A DNA stretch of 61,341 nt, filler included, from Sphacelaria rigidula (GCA_964200075.2; 9 parts of 9 records of this genome joined end to end with filler, not necessarily neighbours in it), one strand, 5' to 3'; shown: positions 12,727-25,780, counted from the first letter of the whole stretch. Numbers and translations: made by a program. The notes: generated by a model from the letters alone, not told the origin.

Positions 12727-12824
12727 TCCTTGGACCGTGAGATTAGTCTTTCTGGATCATGCATACTTTTTTTCACGTGAAAACGATGCCGATTCAACAA
12801 AAGACTAACCTCGCGGTCTAAGGG
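12727..12824. mobile_element. piggyBac-like MITE family E
   Basis: TTAA at 12723-12726 and 12825-12828; TIR TCCTTGGACCGTGAG / CTCGCGGTCTAAGGG. Confidence 0.8.
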
Positions 12825-12897
12825 TTAAGATAGGGCGCGATTTTGATTTTACACGAGTCCCATGGGAGTTGGTCTCGTCTCTTTTTGCAGCAGAATA

Positions 12898-13153
12898 GAG
12901 TCATGCCACGATAGGGGGTGGGAAGGGGTATCATGGGCCGTTTACTTCCACGAAATTCCACTTCAATCGCTGTTGAAAGCAGCCAACAGTTGTTCGAACG
13001 CACTTGCTCCCAATGAATAACGCTCATTCATACTGCCTTACACCGCTTTTACCCAAGTACAAGCGCACCGCGAGTGTTTAAGGTCGTTTGACGCATCTAT
13101 CAGCACATTTTCTCGTGGAATCGAACACCTCCCTCCCTATCATAGCATGGCTC
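12898..13153. mobile_element. Sola-like MITE family J
   Basis: GAGTCATGCCACGATAGGG...CCCTATCATAGCATGGCTC TIRs; perfect 4-bp TSD AATA. Confidence 0.8.
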
Positions 13154-13438
13154 AATAGCAACCGAGAAAAAAATACGGCTTGGGATCAGCCACGTCGGCG
13201 AAGGCGCAGGTCGTGAGGTTGATACGACTGAACACAACACGCATCTCCCCGCACGCCCGTTTCGAGCTTCGCTCTGCCTTCGCTCGCTCATTTTACACGT
13301 CGTCGCCTAGTGTGCTTGCACCTGTTCCTCCACCCTTTCCCGGTACAACTGGTGCCAGAGAGGAGTTAGACAAGAGCATGTCGGATTGCATTGGACTAGA
13401 TGTTGCTAACTGTCTTCATGTATTCCTGATTTTTTTTT

Positions 13439-13556
13439 GGGGGGGGGGGAGGGTGTACTCATGATTATGCACGCCATAGTCATGAGGCCATTGACCCCGC
13501 ATCCCTACAAAGCCGGGACGCAGCACGCCGGGTTTTCACCGGACCAGGCTCGCACT
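13439..13556 (-). mobile_element. Family A copy cut by contig end; 3' end abuts a G/C tract
   Basis: G-run + GTGTACTCATGAT...CGCATCCCTACAAAGCCGGGACG...GGACCAGGCTCGCACT. Confidence 0.85.
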
Positions 13557-13656
13557 NNNNNNNNNNNNNNNNNNNNNNNNNNNNNNNNNNNNNNNNNNNN
13601 TTAATTAATTAANNNNNNNNNNNNNNNNNNNNNNNNNNNNNNNNNNNNNNNNNNNN
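13557..13656. other. Artificial contig linker
   Basis: N44-TTAATTAATTAA-N44. Confidence 0.99.
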
Positions 13657-13927
13657 GCACCGTTCCTTTTGCATAAGCTTTCTTCAAATCTTTAAACCCC
13701 CCCCCCCCCCCCCCTTCTTCCTCTCTCCTTGAATCTTGTTGATTTTATATTTATGTTATTTTCTTCCCGATGTACTTTTTCTTTCGACACGTGACAACGG
13801 GCGGATGGATAATGGTGGCGTGGCAAACATGATGATGCTCGTCGTGCCTCGGCGGGGTGATGTGAAAATGGGGACACGAATGATGGTGCCGGTTGTTGTG
13901 TTTTGTGATGCTGGTGGCGGAGTACAG

Positions 13928-14078
13928 GAGACGTACTCGTATTACAGCTTGCCGTTCTGCGCGCCTGCTGAGATGATGCAAGACTTCAACAAGATGAAGG
14001 CGTCCGGTTACTTTAATTTCGGGGAGATCTTGGCGGGGAACAGGCTGAGGAACAGCGGGATCGACATCAAGTTCAAAG
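13928..14078 (+). CDS. Internal exon of a transmembrane 9 superfamily (TM9SF/EMP70, nonaspanin) protein, lumenal domain
   Basis: ETYSYYSLPFC...FGEILAGNRLRNSGIDIKFK matches the TM9SF ETYxYYxLPFC / GExLxGxxLxxS motifs; CAG acceptor and GTGAG donor. Confidence 0.9.
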
Positions 14079-14619
14079 GTGAGGTACAACAGTATGAGTT
14101 TTGTTCGTCCCTCCTCCTTCGACATGCCGCCTCTTGTCTCTGTTTTGTGCATTGCAGTACGTTACCGTTAGTTTTGTCATGATGCACTGTTGTTCTCACG
14201 GCCCATCGTTGTTGTCATTACCCACTGTTGTTGCCACAATCCATCGTTATTGTCATGGTCCACTGCTGTTGTCATGTAACGCCTGGTCTCTTTACTTGGA
14301 TTCGTCCTGATGAGTCCTGGTTGCTTCGTCCGACTATATGTAGATACTGTAGATACTCAGTAGAGTAGTACATGCCTACTTGTGCTTACTCACTACTGGC
14401 AACTCCTGATCGCTTTGCTGGGTTCCCGTCCGCAGGATTATTTGCAGTAGATATCACCATTCTCACTCGGTCCTGGTGTTGACATCGATATTCGGATCTT
14501 TAGAGGGACTGACAGTTCCAAGTTCTTCCTCGCGTGCGCATAACGCCTTCGAGTCCCTATCAGCGCCACAGGCACCGATTTGAGGTCTGCCAGCGCACAC
14601 TTTGCCTAGAACACCCTTT

Positions 14620-14824
14620 CAAGGGCAGGTCGAGTAGAGTATACTCAATTGCGGGGTGTTTTGGAAGACGTACTTGAGGTACTCAAATTAGGGTACAGTG
14701 TTGGGAGTCGTACACGAAAAATAACTGGAGAGCGACCCCTAAGACCCTGGCCCCAATTCGTGTACTTCAAGTACGACTTTTGGAATACCCCGCAATTGAG
14801 TATACTCAACTCGACCTGCCTTTG
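14620..14824. mobile_element. hAT-like MITE family C
   Basis: CAAGGGCAGGTCGAGTAGAGTATACTCAATTGCGGGGT TIR and its inverse; flanks CACCCTTT / GACCCTTT (7/8 TSD). Confidence 0.85.
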
Positions 14825-15139
14825 GACCCTTTACCCCCCTCGCCTGAGGGTTCTCGGTATGCCCTGGGTTGGGGTTAGGGTCAGAATGATCTCACCTTCG
14901 GGGGTGGCGGGAGTGGGAGTTGGAGCCCCTTGTTGCACCAAGAATTTGGAGTGGAAGTTGCCCCAAGGCGTTGGCATGAGCAGCAAATTTCATTCGAGTG
15001 CTCTTGGTGTCAACAGAATAGCACACGTGTTCGCACCACCCAATGACGTGTGGTGCCACATGCAAGCAGGCGCAAAAGCCGTGCGGCGCACCCGGGAACC
15101 CCCTTGTTTTCGTGCAATCAAACACCCCCCTCCCCACCT

Positions 15140-15287
15140 TCGTCAGGAAGGGGATAAGATGTGTGAAACGTTTTTGTGTAATGTGTAGGGGAAACCGTGA
15201 TGAGCGCCTCTGTTAGATGTAGGAGCGGGGCTCCGTCTCGCACGGGACGCGTGGTCAGTGGTCAAACGACTGAGGCAAGCAACAAGT

Positions 15288-15290
<3 letters not shown>
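15140..15290 (+). mobile_element. 5'-truncated LINE 3' end followed by a long C-run
   Basis: Colinear with 48075-48243 (GATAAGAT...GCTCCGTCTCG...GGTCAAACGACTGAGGCAAGCAACAA.TGAGT). Confidence 0.8.
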
Positions 15291-15328
<38 letters not shown>

Positions 15329-16519
15329 CGCCGCGCCGCGACACCGTAGCGGCAAAAACCCACNNNNNNNNNNGAAGGGGGGGGGCCCCCTCCCCCCCGG
15401 GACGCGGGGCCGGGGGTCAAACACCCGGGGCAAACAAAAAGGGGGCCCCCCCCCCCCCCCCCCCTCAACTCCCATCGTGCCGGGTGACTAATACAGTAGA
15501 TGTCGCGAAACACACCCTGTTAAGCCAACCGAACACGTGAAGAAAAACTGATGGGGTATCAAGTGCAATTTTGAAGATATAGTAAGAAGATAATTTGTAT
15601 CGCACATATCCGTATATTAACTAACCTGAGTGATGCCGCGACAGCCCCACTCAAAAAAAATGGCTGTTATAGTTTGAGGAGGCTAAATATTCTCGTAAAC
15701 CAAGCTGACAAAAGTCTAGCACACCAAGTATCTGGAAACTCTCATGCTTGGGATCGGTTTCGTCTTTGTCGCCCACATAAGGGGCTTCATGAAGTCTCAA
15801 ACTAGCTACTATATGGTGTATGGGCATCTTCTCAGTGTAGGGGGGGGGGGCTATCGCGGTATCACTCACCTTGACTGTATAACCCTGTATTTTACTATCG
15901 GTTATTGATTTTGTCCGTGGTCGGTGGTGTTGCGGCGTTCCCTGATTTGTCTTTTTACCTGCTTTACTGTACCGTGTCTGTGGGTTTTGTCACTCGTGCA
16001 GTTTCCTTCGCCTCTGTTCCCTCTGTATCTCTCCGCCTCCCTCTATTTGTGTTTTTTTCTCTCGCGTTGTGTGCAAGCAGCAGTGAGATGCCTCGTTTCC
16101 GTAGGGTTCATGGGCGAGAGCTCATACCCCAAATGATGTTGCCGAAACAGATGAGCCGCAGCAGTCTGAACGAAAAAATGTGATGAACGGACTGGGTACC
16201 TTAAACAAAGGGATCTATTGTGGCCTTTTTTTTTTATCTCGATTGGGTATGAATGCGTGTGCCGTTGCGCTAGACCAATTCCACCTGAAGACATCTTGCG
16301 GAGGCCGGCCACGTCTAGTTCTTGTTTTCCTTTTTCATTGTTGTTGATTTTTTTCAGTCTACTCTTCGTGTCTATTCCACCTCTCTGTTTTTCTCCACTT
16401 TCCTTGAGCGACTGCTTCCGTTTTGTTTCATCTTGGATAAATTTATCATGGGAATGATTACCACAGTAGAATCCCCAGAAGATATATATATATATATATA
16501 TGTATATATTTTTTTCTCC

Positions 16520-16730
16520 TTGAAGGGAGGGGAAACTTGACCCAACACTTACCCCGCAAGCGGGTTTGTTTGCCGATTACCCGGAGGTTCGGCTAGACTA
16601 AATGTGGGGTAGGCGCCTCGAGTGTTGACAAGCTTTGCTCATGGCAGTGTGGGGGTCCGACCCACTTACACCCTTGTCAACTTGACGCAGAGCACTCCCC
16701 GCCCTACTTTTGAGAGTTTCGGCCCGACGG
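16520..16730 (-). mobile_element. tRNA-derived SINE family F
   Basis: Colinear with 4277-4505. Confidence 0.7.
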
Positions 16731-17644
16731 AGATGAGTTGTTGTTGATGATGATGTCGATGTAGTCACGTGTGCGACAATCAATCCATGACGTGTACCCC
16801 CCTATAGTATCGGGGATATGAGGGTATTATGGTGCAATAAACAGGGGCTCTAGTCGTTGAATAGGTTGATGAAGTCACGGTGGAGCTTGTTGATTCATTG
16901 GTTATCTCACATTAGCTGACTGCAAGAATCCAGCCCGTGATGAGGAGCAGCAAAACAAAACACAGAAGAAGAAAGAAGGAAAGAAAGAGAAAAAGACAGA
17001 AGCAACAGCCACAGAAAGGAGAGAGAAAAAAGGGAGCGGCGACAAGAACAACAACGACGAACACCAACACACACAGTAACACACCGACACTAACACTAAC
17101 ACAGCTTGTGCAACAACCTGACATGTAGGTCTGAGGTAATTGATCGTCGCACATTAAGTCATCACCCCGGGGATCCGGCCGTGGTCACAAGGTAGGCGTA
17201 CCTAACCCAAGCAACAGGGAAAACGCACTTGAGAAAGGAAACACTCGAGAAAAGCTTCAAGACTGGAAAACAAGAGGGAAAAAAAACGAGTACATAACAA
17301 ACTGAATCAAACCGAGTGGTGAACAAAACAGGAGGAAAACATATCAAAACGCAGATGATCATTGACCCTTGGACAGCAAGAGTGGGTCATCAGTTGAATC
17401 CGCATCAATTTCACTTGAAAAAAGTATGCATGATCCAGGTGGATACTCTTGGAGGTTCAGAAGGGAAAGCATTTGTGTCACATATGAGATGGTTGCGTTA
17501 TCAAGATGTTTTCTTCTTTATTTTTTCCCGTCAAACCAACGCCGGCCTACCATGATGGTGGTCCAGTTACATCACATTGTGGGGGTTGGGAGAACCTCAA
17601 CTCCGCGCAAAGGGGGTGATCGTACCACTCAGAATCGAAATGAT

Positions 17645-17935
17645 GAGGCACCCATGAGGCAGTGTAACCCGTAGCTTTCTATGTAAGTGGCGCGACCAAA
17701 AAGTGAAGTTACATTGGAGGCTGTCATCCCAAATGCAAGATAATCAGTACGCTTCATGCCGAACAATCTTGGTAGGATGCAGCTCACCCTTCATGCGACT
17801 CACCGGACAAATCACGGCGCTTCGCGCTTGGTGGTTTGAGTGTGAGCCTAGTCTGGCAAAAAACCGGCGTGCTCCGCCCCGGCTTTGTAGAGATGCGAGA
17901 TCAATAACCACGGCATGCAGAATGATGAGTAAACC
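17645..17935 (+). mobile_element. Family A, longest copy (degenerate)
   Basis: GCACCCATGAGGCAGTGT...GATGCAGCTCACCCTTCATGCGACTC...GATGCGAGATCAAT...ATGAGTA; no C-run at the 3' end. Confidence 0.8.
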
Positions 17936-18222
17936 ATATCCGGCTCAATGAAGGGCTTTTGAAGTGGATGTCGTTGTCGTGAGTCATGATTCAGAGACTG
18001 AGAAATTGTGGATGATGTCACTGAGTGTACAACACAGCTCGCGCGTAGGAATATTTTTATGATTTGGAGTTTTCATCCATGTTCGTCGGTGTACTAACGT
18101 TTGAAGAACGTGACACTGTACGTTGTTTGAGTCGACAATAGTGTATTTTGATCATACTTTCAGCAACTCCGAACGCTCAGATCGTTCAAGATCCATTCGC
18201 TTGGCTGGTGTTCTCCCCACGT

Positions 18223-18330
18223 CGAGCCTGGTCCGGCGAAAACCCGGCGTGCTCCCGTCCCGGCTTTGTGGGTATGCGACGTCAATGGTCATATGACTAC
18301 GGCATGCAACATCATGAGTACACTCTCCCG
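18223..18330 (+). mobile_element. Family A 3' fragment
   Basis: GAGCCTGGTCCGGCGAAAACCCGGCGTGCTCC...CATCATGAGTACACTCTCCC. Confidence 0.85.
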
Positions 18331-18496
18331 TTGATTGTAATATCAGATGTCCTCAAGAACGAACAACGACGATACAATGGAAGAGGGTTTGCACGAAGGA
18401 AGATAAGGACTGAAAAGCGCATCATGTGCGAAGTTTTTTGCTGTTGCTGTTGCTGCTGCTGCTGCTTGTAAGATTTTTCGCGATGAGGATCAGTTG

Positions 18497-18735
18497 CAAG
18501 GGTCGAACAAATCAATGACTCGTCTGGAAATTACTTGCTTTCAGTGTAATCGATTCGAATCGTACAAATCAATCCCCAGGCTTTGTTTTCAGCGTTGCAG
18601 CCCAGGGACACGCAGCCCATACACGTGGAATGGCGCAAAAGTTGCGTGGATACCTCTCGGACTAGCGGTCAACTTCTTTCTATTGGTTGGGAAATCAGGC
18701 CTAAGAAATCATGGATTTGGTGATTTGAACCCGTG
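18497..18735. mobile_element. MITE family D (CAAGGG...CCCGTG ends); partial copies at 43985-44115 (-) and 6705-6728
   Basis: CAAGGGTCGAACAAATCAATGA is inverse-similar to TCATGGATTTG..GAACCCGTG; the reverse complement of the 5' half is at 44040-44115. Confidence 0.65.
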
Positions 18736-19384
18736 ATGATTCATCCTAACCGCGCGATCAGTTGCAGTGTTCACCGTGGGTACATGTTATCTCGTGGCCA
18801 TGTCTAGATTCGTTGTGAACCACTTGACGTGCGACAAGTAACCCAACACATGAATCAACGAGTCAACCACTCCCTGTTTTGAAAGTTCCTGGTCCGTGCC
18901 CCCTTTTTTTCCCCGCTTCTCCGTCCCGTCGTTGCTTCCAAAAGAGCGCCAGGAGTCGAGGAGTTTCTGCTCCAAGAAGCTGGTAGATCCAAACGACCGG
19001 GCGAGGTTTGTGGAGGCGGTGAGTTAAGAGTTTGAATATTCTTGGGTGCACGTCGGCATGTCAGTTGGCTCTCTTTTTGCTAGCCTCGCGTGCGTGTCTC
19101 ACACCTGGGCACATCGTTAGACCATATTTTTTTGTACATCAACAAGGCAATCTCTCTCGAACGCGTGGTCACAGATACGAGTGCCTTAATATTGGTTGTC
19201 TTCAAAGTCTGCAAACACGTTTATGCATTTGTCAAGTAGCTCTAGATCACTCAAGTGTAGCTATCAATGGGGTCGTTGTCCTGGACCCCGATGTACCGAT
19301 GCCACCTGATAACTGGTTAAAAAACGGTGATTGTCCTCGACGGACACTTACTATTTGGGGGAATTTTTGACACCTCGAAAAAGG

Positions 19385-19785
19385 TGTGGCCAATAGTTGC
19401 ACAAGGGAAAAAAATGTACTGCGTGGAGTATATATAGCCCCATTGCAACTGTTGTACACCCTGAACAATATATGGTCAATAGATGCATTAGACCAGAAGT
19501 GTACTGCATAAAGTATAGGCCTACTGCAACTATTGCCGGCCGACAAAAGTCGCAATAGACTTATACTTTATGCAGTACGTTTCTTGTCTATTGCAACTAT
19601 CGACCATATATTGTCCAAGGTGTGAACTATTGACGGAATGGTCGGCCCGTCAATAGTTGCAATAGCAAAAACATGTACTGCGTAAAGTGTGGGCTTATTG
19701 CAGCTACTGTCGGTCCCAGTCAAAAGTAGCAGTTGAAGAAAATTGTACTGCGTCAAGTATAGGCCCATTGCAACTATTGACAACA
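19385..19785. repeat. Array of five ~60-bp self-palindromic units in direct and inverted orientation
   Basis: Unit AATAGTTGCAATAG..AAAATGTACTGCGTAAAGTATAGGCCTATTGCAACTATTG; 19457-19527 is inverse to 19551-19623. Confidence 0.75.
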
Positions 19786-19934
19786 TGTTCTCTAGGGCGT
19801 GGATGTTTCCGTTTCTGTGTGGTATTAATAGTATCCACATCACCACCCTCCCCCCACTTAAGAGCATCTCCGTACCTTCTCAGATAAGGAGAGGTTTTAG
19901 AGGTAACCTCTTTCGCCGGCTAGCGGTCAGGATA

Positions 19935-20185
19935 TCTGTGTTTGTGTTGTCTCAGTTATTCTGGACGCCAGTCTATGCCTTCCGATATATGTGGGCGCAC
20001 GAGTCGGGTCACACAGGAGGAAGGACAACACGGGATTTTTTTTTCTTAGCTCTCCAGCATCCTTTTGCGGTGCTTGTCTTCTATTAATTTTTTTCGCGAG
20101 AGGGGTTCAACACTCCCTTTCCCTCGTCGACCATTGAGTCTAATCTTGTGTGCCCACGACATGGTCGCTCTCCACTATCGGGCAT
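19935..20185 (-). mobile_element. tRNA-derived SINE family I, 5'-truncated
   Basis: Reverse-complement match to 55040-55300. Confidence 0.75.
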
Positions 20186-20383
20186 TGTGATATCTGCGTT
20201 TTTTTTCCTTATAATGCCTTCTGCGTGTGTTGGATTGCCAAGCCAACAATTTCCGGAGAATACATTCCCGTGAGCTTGTGGACTCAGCTTCCCGTTCATC
20301 CACCACTTTGCCGAACTCGCCCATCCCGCTCTTCCCTCCCCAACCGAGCGCCTCCGACCGCTCATTTCTAACAACTTGAAGAG

Positions 20384-20483
20384 NNNNNNNNNNNNNNNNN
20401 NNNNNNNNNNNNNNNNNNNNNNNNNNNTTAATTAATTAANNNNNNNNNNNNNNNNNNNNNNNNNNNNNNNNNNNNNNNNNNNN
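20384..20483. other. Artificial contig linker
   Basis: N44-TTAATTAATTAA-N44. Confidence 0.99.
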
Positions 20484-21689
20484 GTGCAAGACAGATATGC
20501 CACTTCAGCCCCATATTTTGTATGAACCCCAAAATATAAAATCGGCTGTTTATTGCCTCCAGCATCCCCTACCAGAGTTGAAAGCACCGCCACTTTTCTG
20601 ACACTCGAAAATGAAATTTAGTACGTGTTACGTGCGTGCACGTGAGATGTTGAGCCAAATGTGAAAAAATATGAACGCCATATCCCGAGGGAAGCAAAGG
20701 AGTTAGATGCAGGCGCGGGTATCGATCCTTCGCCCGTGCTGCAGGAAACAATTAACGCCAACAGTCATCACTCGCTATACGCGCCGATAGTGGTTCCAAA
20801 TAAACTTGTGTTACATTCCATCTTTGCAAGTAGGTAGCGTTATGCCAAGAAGAGAAATCAAGATTGTTTGTGTTCGCCGCTTACTCGAGGCATTGTGTAT
20901 GATTGAATGCAATAATAGCCATTCCACACAATAAACTTGGATGTGGAGATCTTCCGCACGAGAACTGTGAAAGCTTAAATCCGTTTTCAGGCTGGCCCAG
21001 CTCGTGCAGTCATTTCGGTCTAAATCAGGATATTTATGGCGAATTGTCGGACTCAGCGATCTCCAACAGCTTTCCGAGCGTGTGGTTGTTCATCGCACTG
21101 AACGCTCGACCTCAAGGTGTGGGAATGGGCAAATACTGCGCGCCCGTTCCACATCCCGAAACAAAATAAAAGATTTCCGCTTACTGTTGCAGGACTTGAA
21201 CCATTTTTTCATGAGAACTTCTATGTATTCGTACAGACGTGATGATTTCAGACCGTCTGCAGGCGATTTTCTCCCGTGGTTATCTTTCAAGGACTTCGGA
21301 ACTACGGGAAATGTTTTGCGGCTAGCTGTGAGAAGACCATATATATATATATCAAATCTCCGATTCTCTGGACGTTGCCTTTTGGCATGCCAGGCTCATG
21401 TTGAACCCCGGGCAATCCCGAATCCGTACAGATTTTGGGCACAGATCTGTATGGATTCGGCAGTGCCACGGTTTGGTCGGAAAGTTAACACTCAATGTGG
21501 AGATAGTTGATGCCATTTTGTCACATATAGCCGAAAAAAAATCTACAAGAAAAGTCGCCTAAACAGGAACTGAGATTCTTAATTCCGTATAACTACAGGG
21601 ATGTTTTGGCCATTTTTTATCAATGACACTTACTTATTTCCAGATCTCGCGCAATAAACAGCCACAGAAAATTACAAGAGTCTGTAACA

Positions 21690-21920
21690 GGGCAATGCTG
21701 CGGTAGGGGTGCACTTCTTTCGCAAAATCTTGTCTGGTTCGGGGGCTCCCAACCATTCTAGATGCACAAGAATATGGGTCGGGGCATCCCCGCTTGCAAT
21801 TTTTTTTCGGGATGTCCTCAGCAAATTGAAATAGCAATCCTGGCGTGCTCTCACATATGTCATAACTCCGAACAATTCTAAGCTCAGAAATATTCGTGCA
21901 CCCCAACCGTAGCATCACTC
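21690..21920. mobile_element. Sola-like MITE family H
   Basis: GGGCAATGCTGCGGTAGGGGTGCAC...GTGCACCCCAACCGTAGCATCACTC; perfect 4-bp TSD AACA. Confidence 0.8.
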
Positions 21921-23006
21921 AACATTTGTCAAGAGAGTGATAGGGATTGATTCACGACCCCTGAGCGGCACGGAACTTGCTTAGGAAAATATCACTGTCG
22001 GGTATTTTCCTGAATTATATACCGTGGCATTCATCCCTAGCACTCGAAAGTCCTGACGTCGACAGATTTTTGAATATTAAGCAAGTGGTGCTCGGGACTC
22101 TACCCTTCGCCCCGTCTTATCGTGGTGATATGGAGTACGAATGCCGTGTATATGGTGGGTGTTGTCGACCATCAGTGGTCCCATAAACACGACTTCTCGG
22201 CTATTGAGCGACGAACAGTAGACTATAGGAACAATGCCCAGTATTTGCTCCACGAGAATGATCGGGGTGGTTTTAATCGAACGAAAACGCCAAAATGTGA
22301 AAACCCGGGGCTGCATAGTCGCAGGACGCCCGAGGGCCGGTCAGCCCATAGGTCGTCCGATATTGTACATCGATTATCCTCATTACGGTATGTTGCGCAA
22401 ATATACCCTGATCTCCAATCTTTGGGAGGAATCGTGCACTGCGATAGGCGGTCGCACGCGACAAAAACCTGTTGGAAATCGCCGACGGCGAATCAAATGA
22501 TTAAAGTGGAACCGACTCTGTTTCACGCGATGTACCGTGCGTGCAATATCCGTCTTGAGGGTAAACGCTCATCTCCAAATGCCCCAATATGAAACACGTG
22601 GGGGTTATTATGCACAACTTATACAAACCAGCCCCGATGCCTTGGTAATTTCTTGCGCATGACAGCTCACCACTTGAACATCTACCGTAGCAAGTGCGAC
22701 GTGCTCCGAGTTTTGGTAGCCGACATAGATATCCGGTGGCTGTCGTGCCACTTATGAAGCGTATGAGTTACCCCTAGTGGTCACGGTGTATCCCACACGC
22801 ATGCCCTACACACACAGCTGTCACCAAAAGTTCACAGACACACTACCTGAGCGACACGTCAGAAAACAAGGCACACCACGCTAACCATAACCACAGACGC
22901 GAATCAAGCGCGGCCATGCGTACATTTGTCGTGGGTGAAGCTTACATCGCCGTACTCTTCACAATATCGAGAAGACAAATAAAAGTCACCAGACATGGGG
23001 TTCTCC

Positions 23007-24688
23007 CTACCGTTGCGAACCTACGTCGACATCCACGACTTCCATGGCCGATGCTGCCCGGACGTCATCGGAATTCTCCAACACTTCACTGCCCTCCCCA
23101 GGAGTAACAATCCCCGGCACCAGGTGATGAAGCTGCGCTCATGGCCGTATTGTTGGGGCCGTCCTCTGAACCTTCAGGCTACCCACCACCACCTGGGTGT
23201 GGTCCTTCAACAGGCCGACTGTGAGCTTCCCGAAGGACACCTCGGTCAACTTCACCGCAAGCAGAGCTGCCTTCGCGCCAGCGTGATTCTGTCAGTGCCA
23301 CCCAAAGCACCACCGCCGCCCCTGTTCGCAGGCGGCGCTTCAGGCTTGGCGGCAACGGGGGCGGCCTTCAACGTTGCACGCAGAGTCTGGCGCGTGGCTT
23401 TCTCTCTCCTAATCGCCTGCAATAATCAGCGAATCGCACGTTGTGAAACGTCTGCAGGAAGAAGTCGTACGCTGCTTGCTCAACATCCGGGTCGTAGTTC
23501 CACTCCGGTGTGGCACGAACCCACTGCTGCAAAAAATATGGTTTCGAAAAAGCATGGCAGTACCCGGTGTTCCAATGCTGCACCACCGTGTAAAATTCCC
23601 CACCACGCGCCGGAGAACTTGCGCGATCCCCGCTCAGTTTCAACGCACCCATGGGGTACCTGAACTCGAGCATGTTGACATCCTCGATGACAGTAATCAG
23701 CTTGTCGTTCGTGGCCTGGAAGATGCCAACACGTGGTAAGACACGAGGGTTGAGCGCGGGTAACAGATGTGTCCTGTTAGTATTGGAGCACACAAAGACA
23801 GGAGAGGTGGACCGTGAGGAAAGCGCCGGCATCAGACGGAACCACGATCGCCAAAGAGCGAGGTTATACGGACCCATTGCCTTCGGTTTGTGTTACAGCA
23901 AAGCCAGGGAAGAAGCATACCCATTCGAACTTGCCTGCTCGATGGATAGATGGAAGATCGTCAGGGCCTGCTTCGCTGTGGGGGTTGGGTGGTCAGCGCC
24001 GGAGTTATGGAAACGGGCTGACGCCGCCGCCTTTACCGTCGGCTGGATGACAAACGCTGACATCTCTTCATGACGTCCGTTCTGGCGCTACTTCGTGAAT
24101 CTCGACGCTCGTGTTGAGTTGGCTGGACCCCTCATAACGGTCCGCCGTGATGCAATAAATTTATGCCAGATACGTCGAATCTTTCGGGGAGTCGCGGCAA
24201 GGCCCAGCACGGCTGTCGTCAGGGGTAGCAACCGCTGGATTTCTTCCGCCCAACGTTCGCGCACTTTACTCATCACTGTGTCGTACCGTGGCCCATGACA
24301 GGGAGGTTCCGAACATTTTTGTCGATGATCATCTTGAACTCCTGACAGGACTTCAACAACGGTGTGCGTGGGCGAGAATACAATACGCCGATAAGTTCCG
24401 GTGCCGTCATGGGCGACAAGTGCTGTAAGTGAGAAGCTGGAGGGGTGAATTTGCCGTTGGCGGGTGAACACAACAGGCAGAATAATCTATCAATGCATGC
24501 CGATAATCACGGATCCTCGTCGCGGACCAAATGACCTGCACGAGTGCGGCACGTGATGTGAACTCATGGATATTGGTACCGCCGGGTATACCGTTAAACG
24601 GAGACCTGAGGTTGTACCAAAACGAGTTAAATCGAATGCAGGTGGTTCGACTTATGGAATGTGCAGAACTTTTCTTTGCACATTTCAT
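23007..24688 (-). pseudogene. Decayed, frameshifted, apparently intronless ORF, probably mobile-element derived, with a SAP-like C-terminal motif
   Basis: Protein-like blocks in alternating frames: FNSFWYNLRSPFNGIPGGTNIHEFTSRAALVQ / PRYDTVMSKVRERWAEEIQRLL / KPYFLQQWVRATPEWNYDPDVEQAAYDFFLQTFHNVRFADYC / QAIRREKATRQTLRATLK / SFGKLTVGLLKDH. Confidence 0.5.
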
Positions 24689-25780
24689 CCGCCGGGGCTA
24701 CGAGCTGGGCCAGCCAACAATAGGTGGTTTTCTCACTCAGGCGACGCACAGCGCGATATTAGGGTTGGACGCTGAAATTTTGACAGCAGCTCTTTATGAT
24801 CAAAATGCAGAAAATCACGTCAGCAGCAAAGAAAAAAAGGAAGAAAAAAAAAAGAAGTCATGAACATTTCAAATTTCAGCAAAGACAAGATAGAATCAGA
24901 AGTCCAGCAAAGAAATGAAAATCTGCAGCTGCTCACGTGAAGTATAATTTCCGTCGGTGCAGAAGGTGTTCCTGAAATTTCAGCTCAAGAGTCGTCGAAT
25001 TGGGCCGTGCGTGTAACATTTTCCGTGACGCTGCTGCACCCCGCTAATACCCAGTGTGGGGTGATTATTGACGTAAACTCGCCGCATAAAAAATACACAC
25101 ACACACACACTCCGACACGCTATCGCTCAACGATATGAGACGCACCCGGTACTGTACGCAGTACAATAACGTCATCAGCAATACGACGCCAATCGAACAG
25201 CGATGCAGTCATTTGTCATTAGGCGGGTCTGCAGTTCACAGTGATATCCTTACATCGGGTTCATTCGGGAAACTGCAAAAGCTGTGGTGTGAGCAACTTT
25301 TAGCCGCTTCCAAGCTGGCCCAACTCGTAGCGGCAGGAGGATTGATGGACATCATGACGTCGTTCATCTGCGGCGACACGAGTCATTATTCTCGCAGCCT
25401 TATCGATGTGCATGCAACGACGCAGTCACCTCTGATGATCGGTTGCACGGCCGACGCGCTCGATTTCGAGTTTCACTACCTCACCTCTACACAAACGGGG
25501 CCAACACCGCTGGTGTTGGCCGCATGAATACCTTCAGTATCCATGGGCGGTGTCCATCGGAGTGTAGACTGCTCCCTGCGTCAACGGTCCGAGTTGGGGG
25601 TGCGGTGCAGGTGGATACAAAGGGCAAAGTGAGCGGTGTACCGTTATGTGTTGTTGTCACCCGTGCGGAGGAGTTGTTGCAGCCGTTGGGCAGTACAGAT
25701 GCTATCGCGCGGAGTCATCGAGGCCACGGTCCCTAATTCGTGTGGTACCGGGTGTACAAGAGGACAGAGCAGACCATTGT

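Noticed and set aside
19385..19785. CRISPR-like repeat-spacer array
   Set aside because: Repeats are ~60 bp, degenerate and in mixed orientation, spacers are irregular, there are no cas genes and the context is eukaryotic.
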